From a virus (lineage: Duplodnaviria > Caudoviricetes), in IMG/VR virus record IMGVR_UViG_3300027374_000001: a stretch of 64,000 nt of DNA, one strand, 5' to 3'. The notes under the pieces are model-generated. The model did no database searches, was not told where the DNA came from, and worked only from the letters and a program-made list of their open reading frames with translations. Made by a program: the position numbers and the translations under genes. Position 1 is the stretch's first letter. Each line of letters begins with the position of its first letter. Shown here piece after piece: positions 58,219 to 64,000 of this stretch.

Positions 58219-58366
58219 GTTTTCTCCTCCAATATAATAATATATTATTTAATTCAAAGTTCTGGAAAATGTAATTTTCTTATATACGCATATATAAGAA
58301 ACATATTGGTAATGTATATGGGTTGTAGTCCTTTACATAATTAAAAGAATAAGGAGGAAATTATAA

Positions 58367-58822
58367 ATGGGTATTTTTATCACAGGTTCAATTGCAGAAA
58401 CCATTTCAGATGTATTTAAGAATCCTAATAAGATATTTGAATCTTCTCTTATGATGGAGGCGATGAGCTGGACAGATGAGCAGATCAAAGAGTTTTGTGC
58501 TCCGGGAGGAATTGGAGAAGAGCTGGTAAGCGAAGGAAAGCTGTCCAAGAAGACAATCATGCGTTTGTCCAAGAAGGATGATTTGAGTAGACGTACAAAG
58601 AAGATGTGTCTTGATCTCGCTAGAGAAAACAATGACCCATTATGGGATCAGCTGGCAAAGAATAGAATCAAAGAAAGAGAGCTCATTGCAAAGATCGTTC
58701 ACAAGTACAGTAGCAAGGGAAGCCGCCTCGCAGTGCAGGCTCAGAAAGATTTCATCAAAAATTCAAGACTTCCGAAATCTTTCATGAGAGCCGGCGGAGA
58801 AGAAAGGGTTTCAAAAGATTGA
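58367..58822 (+). CDS. Probable virion head protein
   Basis: Late promoter 58300..58311, own terminator, IFES/MMEA/VSEG putative cleavage sites and a basic domain. Confidence 0.55.
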   Translation: MGIFITGSIAETISDVFKNPNKIFESSLMMEAMSWTDEQIKEFCAPGGIGEELVSEGKLSKKTIMRLSKKDDLSRRTKKMCLDLARENNDPLWDQLAKNRIKERELIAKIVHKYSSKGSRLAVQAQKDFIKNSRLPKSFMRAGGEERVSKD

Positions 58823-58948
58823 TAAGTATAATAAGCAGCATAGGGCATGGGATAGAGTTCCCATGCCCAAATTTTTGTTTCTATTATATATTATAAAAAA
58901 GAACATGATGCGAAACTTTATATTAATACAATAAAGGAGAGATACTAT

Positions 58949-61054
58949 ATGGAGGCACTATACGGATCAAATTTACAAAACTTTAAGAACTATGGGGTCT
59001 ATGTTCCTTTGGTTAAAAATGGAAATATCCAAATCTTTACAAAGGATATTAATAAGGACAACATTGACTCTCATTTCTATTCTATACTAAATATTCTTAG
59101 AGATGGAATAGAAACGGATTATGTACAGCATATGGCAATAAATATAATGTTTGCCGATAATGTGGATGTAACCTTATCAATATTTGATTATATGCTTAAT
59201 CTTATGATGTGGACGATGCCGGCAAAAACAGATGAGCAAATTACATCATATTATTTATTCTTTGACGACGTGTTTAATAAGCATCGTATTAAAGAATATA
59301 TTGATACCAAGTTTTTAAATAAAAACAGATCTAGGATATCAAATAAAAAATTATGTAATATTATAGACGATACTCTGTATAAACTTAGATACATTGATGA
59401 ATTTTCATTATATCTTTGCAACACCATCAATGATGAGGATACTATAGAGTTAATGAATGTGAACCAAGAATTTTATGATTGTGTTCACGCAGACCTATCA
59501 AAAACTCCAATAGAAGATGTGAAGAATGTGGGAATGGCCATAACCAATAAAGCCATTAATATCATGAAGAATTCTGAACATTGTCTGGGGAACTCATTTG
59601 CTGTGGGAGAAGGCATCAATCCTAAGCAATTTAGAGAGTTTGCCATTAATATTGGTACAGTTCCAGATGGGGATGGCGGTGCTTACCCCCATATAATAAA
59701 TTCTAGTTTCATAAACAAAGGGCTCAGTACGTTATCTGATATACTTCCAGAATCCGGTAAAGGAAGACAGGCTTTAATTATCTCTAAGAAAAATGTAGGA
59801 ACGTCTGGGGCTTTTGCTAGAATACTTGGATTAAACAACAGGGATACGAATCTTCACTCAAATCCTAATTATTCATGCGGCACAAAGAACTTCATAAAGA
59901 TTACTATATATAACGAAAAAGTATTAAAGATGTATAATAATCGGTATTATCGTTTTAGAGCCGATGGACCAGAAATGAAAATAAATTATCGTACCGATAA
60001 ACATCTGATAGGGCAAACTGTATTGTTTAGGAGCCCATGTACTTGTGCGTCTCATGCAAGAGGGGAAGGAATTTGTTATAGATGCTATGGCGACCTAGCA
60101 TATACAAATTACGATATAAATATCGGTACCATAGCAGCGGAGATACTATCATCAGAGTTAACACAAATGCTCTTATCCGCTAAGCATTTGCTGGAATCTA
60201 ATATCAAAAATCTCGATTGGTGTGATGAATTTTCTGATATATTTGATGTGAGTTATAACGCCATTCATATAAAAGATGATTTCGATTGTAAGAAATGGAC
60301 TCTAGAAATAGATACTGCATGTATGGATTTTGATGAAGAAGAAGAGGAAACTGTAAGATGGTTCAACGTGATAAGCCCAAAAGGAAAGGTTACTCAGATT
60401 TATCTAAAGAGTAATGATGAACTAATGCTTTCACAGGAGCTTTCTGATTTGGTTAAGTCTATGCCTGAGCCAACAGAAGGAAACTATATGATAGACATGG
60501 AGAAGCTAATAGACACAGATCTTTTCCTTGTTCATATTGCTAATAATGAACTTAGCGATACTCTTAACAAGGTTAAAGAGGTTATTAGCAAACTTCCAAA
60601 AGTAAATGGAATGACTAAAGACATTATTATTCAAGAATTTGTAAATGCAGTAATAAATGGCAATCTTTCTGTTTCTGCAGTTCATCTGGAAGTTATTATA
60701 GCTAATCAAATTAGATTAGGTCTTGATGACGATAAAGTTCTTGAAAATCCGGATTGGACCGATGAAAATGCAGAGTATGCATTGGTTAACCTCGATACTG
60801 CTTTGAAAAAGCATCCATCTATAACAGTAAGCTTAGAATATCAGAAAATTAGTAAGACACTGTATAATCCTTTGTCATATACCAAAACCGCTCCTTCACA
60901 GACCGATTTATATTTCATGCCTAGACCACAGGAATTTATGAATATGGAATCTCGCAAGGTGAAACTTTCTCCAGAAGAAGATGAAATGATAAAGGGTATG
61001 ATGTATATAGATGAAGAAGAAGAAATACTGCTTGCTCCGTCAAAAGATAAATAA
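58949..61054 (+). CDS. RNA polymerase beta-prime subunit, C-terminal half (probably non-virion RNAP)
   Basis: Bridge helix TSGAFARIL, zinc site RSPCTC...ICYRCYG, trigger loop IGTIAAEILSSELTQMLLSAKH; early-type promoter at 58887. Confidence 0.9.
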   Translation: MEALYGSNLQNFKNYGVYVPLVKNGNIQIFTKDINKDNIDSHFYSILNILRDGIETDYVQHMAINIMFADNVDVTLSIFDYMLNLMMWTMPAKTDEQITSYYLFFDDVFNKHRIKEYIDTKFLNKNRSRISNKKLCNIIDDTLYKLRYIDEFSLYLCNTINDEDTIELMNVNQEFYDCVHADLSKTPIEDVKNVGMAITNKAINIMKNSEHCLGNSFAVGEGINPKQFREFAINIGTVPDGDGGAYPHIINSSFINKGLSTLSDILPESGKGRQALIISKKNVGTSGAFARILGLNNRDTNLHSNPNYSCGTKNFIKITIYNEKVLKMYNNRYYRFRADGPEMKINYRTDKHLIGQTVLFRSPCTCASHARGEGICYRCYGDLAYTNYDINIGTIAAEILSSELTQMLLSAKHLLESNIKNLDWCDEFSDIFDVSYNAIHIKDDFDCKKWTLEIDTACMDFDEEEEETVRWFNVISPKGKVTQIYLKSNDELMLSQELSDLVKSMPEPTEGNYMIDMEKLIDTDLFLVHIANNELSDTLNKVKEVISKLPKVNGMTKDIIIQEFVNAVINGNLSVSAVHLEVIIANQIRLGLDDDKVLENPDWTDENAEYALVNLDTALKKHPSITVSLEYQKISKTLYNPLSYTKTAPSQTDLYFMPRPQEFMNMESRKVKLSPEEDEMIKGMMYIDEEEEILLAPSKDK

Positions 61055-61136
61055 CGTGAATTATACTTGTTTCACTTATATATCATATCTGTGAAATAAT
61101 AATATAGTTTGCGTATAGCAAAGAAAGGGGTAAAGT

Positions 61137-61550
61137 ATGAATAACAATTTAGCGAGGAATTATAATAAGGAGAGAAATTTCACAGTAATCAAAGGAAATG
61201 GCGGAGCAAAAAGGAAGAATCTAACTGAAAGTCAAAAACTAGCATTAATCTGTAAAGAGGTTAACAAGAGGTATATCAAACCAGAAACAAAAGCAGCCAA
61301 GAAATTATATAGAATACTAATAAAGAAATTGATTAGAAGAACTGATATAATGGTTAATTTACATATCAGACTATTCACATTAATTTCAATGATTCTTATG
61401 ATTTCTGGAGCAGCTATACTAGTAAAGATCAGTGGAAATACAGATATCGTGTTAGTCATTAAAAATATCATGATAGCAACAGTTATGATTCTTTCTGGTA
61501 TCAGCATCGGAATATATGATGTAAAGAATAAAAAGAGAAAATATAAATAA
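61137..61550 (+). CDS. Basic 2-TM membrane protein
   Basis: Two TM helices; early-type motif at 61079; downstream terminator. Confidence 0.55.
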   Translation: MNNNLARNYNKERNFTVIKGNGGAKRKNLTESQKLALICKEVNKRYIKPETKAAKKLYRILIKKLIRRTDIMVNLHIRLFTLISMILMISGAAILVKISGNTDIVLVIKNIMIATVMILSGISIGIYDVKNKKRKYK

Positions 61551-61676
61551 AAGTATGCTCGGGTGGGATAAACTCCTACCCGAGTTTATTTTTTGTTTAA
61601 GCCGCTTCATTTAACACCCCTAAACCCTCCTTTCCAGAACATCCATATAATTTTAATGGAAGGGAGGTAATTCATC

Positions 61677-63881
61677 GTGGTAGTTCAACAACAACCACAA
61701 ATGCAATTTACAATTACCTATGATACAAATACCAAAAATCAATCATTCTTGGATATGCATTATTTCTTAAAATCAATAGGTATTCAAAATAATGCATTCT
61801 TTTTAGCTATATATGATACGGATTTAATAGGAGTAGACCCTAGAGACCCTAAGCTAAATGTAATGATGAAAAAGAAGATATTCTTAGAATGTCAACGAAA
61901 CTTTTGGTATTTTATAAGAGAAGTTGTAAGAATTCCAGATCAAGGTGGAACTGTTGGCGGTGGTGTACCGTATAAACTGCATAGAGGAAATCTAGCACTA
62001 AATTATTGTTTTGTAAATAATTTTAATCTCTTTCTAGAATTGCCTCGTCAGCACGGTAAAACGGTAAGTGCTTGTGTATGGTACTTATGGGTATTTAACT
62101 TTGGCACAACCAACTCACAGATAGCATTTATGAATAAGAAGCATGAAGATTCTAAGGATAACTTAATTCGTCTTAAGAATATTCGTGCGGCATTACCTTC
62201 TTACTTGATTATGGATTCAGCATATGGTTTTGATGGTAAAAAGCTAAAAGCTACGAATAGAGCAGAAAAGATAGCACATCCTTCCAATGGAAACCTGATA
62301 GTTGCTAAATCTAGTGCTAGAAATAAAGCTGGAGCAGACGGTTTAGGTCGTGGTTGTACCATGCCGATGCAATGGTATGATGAGTACGCATTTATTCTAT
62401 TTAATGATATTATATATGCTGCTGCAACTCCTGCATTTGTTACGGCTTCTGGCAATGCAAAGAACAATGGAGCTCCATATGGTATACTTATAACTACTAC
62501 ACCTGGAGATATGACTACGGATGAAGGGAAAGATGCTTATGCTACTAAAGAAGCAGCTACTCCTTTCCAAGAAGTATTTTACGATTATTCATATCAACAG
62601 ATGCAGGAAATACAGAACCTTAATGATAGTTCCACGTTCTTTTATGCTAGATTTACTTATAAGCAGCTCGGTTCCGGAATTGATTACTTCAAGAGAATGG
62701 TCAAGGAACTTAAGAAAAACTGGCCTAAGATTAGACGTGAGGTTCTTCTTGAGTGGTCTGTATCTTCTGATAACTCTCCATTTACAAAACAAGACCTTGA
62801 GGCTGTAAAAACTAAGATTAAGCCGCCGCTATATACTATAACTCTTAACAGAATATTCACTATGAATATTTATAAGAGGGCTCAGATTAAGAGATTTCCT
62901 CCTATCATAGGAGTCGATGTTTCTGGTGGTTATAATAAAGATTCTTCGGCTATAACAGTAATAGATTCTGAAACTACAGATGTAATTGCAACGCTAAATT
63001 GTAATTATATATCAATTCCAGATTTGGCTAAATGCATTTATGAACTTGTAGTCAAGTACATGCCAAATGCGATAGTTAATATTGAGCGAAATGGTGGTTT
63101 CGGAGCTTCCGTTATAGGCTTATTGAAGAACTCTAAGATTAAACGTAATCTCTATTATGAGATTAAAGACAGAGTTGTTGAAGACCGGATAGATCCAAAT
63201 GGTTCCGGATTTAACAAGCGTAAGATAAAAACTAAAGTATATGGATTTGACGAAACTAAAGCTTCTAGAAATCTTCTTATGGAAATTCTTAGAGACAGAA
63301 TGGATAATCATAAGAATAAATTTGCTGCAGAGATTCTTTATAATGAATTGTGCACGCTTGAAGTGAAAAAGAATGGTCGTATAGAACACACGGATAACGG
63401 GCATGATGACCAGATATTCTCATATCTAATGGCTCTCTATGTATGGTACTATGGAAAAGACCTTATGGAAAACTTCGGTATGGATAAACGTATGATACGT
63501 ACAGACACCGAGGAAGATGTAGAGATAGATTATATAGAAAATGATTCATTTGATGATATTTCCAAATATATTGAAACAGAGATTGACGGAGATATCAAAG
63601 CGTCATTGGAATATATAGAATCAGATAAGAGCATTTTATATGAGGATTTCTTGGAAAAACAAAGACAACAAGATTCTGCTGCAATACAAGCTTTCATAAG
63701 TCATCCCATTGGAAGAAAAGCATATGCTGAGAAATATCATGTTGATGAAGAGGATTTAATGACCGCAGGAACATACAAGATTCCAGATAGCATGTTCAAC
63801 GATATGTATCCAAACGATGAGCAACAAGATAAAGAAAGAGCAGCGATGCAGAAATACTTTAATAATATTGTAATAAGATGA
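61677..63881 (+). CDS. terL: Terminase large subunit
   Basis: Walker A PRQHGKT, Walker B WYDE, TTTP coupling motif, nuclease GVDVSGG, IERN and HDD. Confidence 0.93.
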   Translation: MVVQQQPQMQFTITYDTNTKNQSFLDMHYFLKSIGIQNNAFFLAIYDTDLIGVDPRDPKLNVMMKKKIFLECQRNFWYFIREVVRIPDQGGTVGGGVPYKLHRGNLALNYCFVNNFNLFLELPRQHGKTVSACVWYLWVFNFGTTNSQIAFMNKKHEDSKDNLIRLKNIRAALPSYLIMDSAYGFDGKKLKATNRAEKIAHPSNGNLIVAKSSARNKAGADGLGRGCTMPMQWYDEYAFILFNDIIYAAATPAFVTASGNAKNNGAPYGILITTTPGDMTTDEGKDAYATKEAATPFQEVFYDYSYQQMQEIQNLNDSSTFFYARFTYKQLGSGIDYFKRMVKELKKNWPKIRREVLLEWSVSSDNSPFTKQDLEAVKTKIKPPLYTITLNRIFTMNIYKRAQIKRFPPIIGVDVSGGYNKDSSAITVIDSETTDVIATLNCNYISIPDLAKCIYELVVKYMPNAIVNIERNGGFGASVIGLLKNSKIKRNLYYEIKDRVVEDRIDPNGSGFNKRKIKTKVYGFDETKASRNLLMEILRDRMDNHKNKFAAEILYNELCTLEVKKNGRIEHTDNGHDDQIFSYLMALYVWYYGKDLMENFGMDKRMIRTDTEEDVEIDYIENDSFDDISKYIETEIDGDIKASLEYIESDKSILYEDFLEKQRQQDSAAIQAFISHPIGRKAYAEKYHVDEEDLMTAGTYKIPDSMFNDMYPNDEQQDKERAAMQKYFNNIVIR

Positions 63882-63889
63882 TCTGTATT

Positions 63890-63920
63890 GTCCCTACTCC
63901 TTTAAACGGAGTAGGGATTT
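63890..63920 (+). terminator. Terminator hairpin
   Basis: TCCCTACTCC-tttaaac-GGAGTAGGGA-TTT. Confidence 0.7.
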
Positions 63921-64000
63921 ATCCTTATCTCAACTCCTTAGTAAATAAAACAGGAGGAATCGCTATGAGTGATAATAATTTTAATACTATTCTTAGGCAA

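Noticed and set aside
30811-61006. GMxY as a DNA-level signal (internal RBS/ATG)
   Set aside because: Synonymous codons vary and the motif stays in the coding frame, which favours a peptide motif.
1-64000. Stop-codon reassignment as the cause of broken ORFs
   Set aside because: Core genes are full length in the standard code; the breaks are frame changes at homopolymers or introns.
1-64000. tRNA/rRNA genes and phage-nucleus shell or tubulin genes
   Set aside because: None recognised in this window, so nucleus formation cannot be claimed.

Overview
A 64 kb, AT-rich segment of a phiKZ/AR9-related jumbo phage, with a probable Firmicutes/Clostridia host (strong GGAGG ribosome-binding sites, Clostridia-style lysin domains). 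From ~1-22 kb it holds tail-fibre, tail-spike and collagen-like virion appendage genes. From 22-42 kb: DNA primase, guanylate kinase, thyA, dihydrofolate reductase, a probable sigma-like non-virion RNA polymerase subunit split by two tandem group I introns (18-nt middle exon, HNH endonuclease in intron 2), a GroEL-like chaperonin and lysis-type genes. From 43-64 kb: major capsid protein, acidic head proteins, prohead protease, SF2 helicase, a split family-B DNA polymerase, an RNA polymerase beta-prime C-terminal subunit and the large terminase. Two phage promoter classes are visible: AACA-N6-TAA (AR9 late-like) and TATATTAT (early-like). Best leads: (1) a short linear motif, G-M-x-Y followed by acidic residues, shared by the sigma-like subunit, RNAP beta-prime, DNA polymerase, helicase (3 tandem copies) and several unknown proteins, a candidate hub-docking or import signal; (2) a family of ~140-156 aa tail-module genes gated by poly-G/poly-C tracts, including a leader-peptide/RBS-hairpin switch; (3) a ~200-nt structured RNA with its own promoter and terminator and a 6S-like shape; (4) twin introns around a micro-exon. 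Functional calls come from motif recognition by eye, not database searches.
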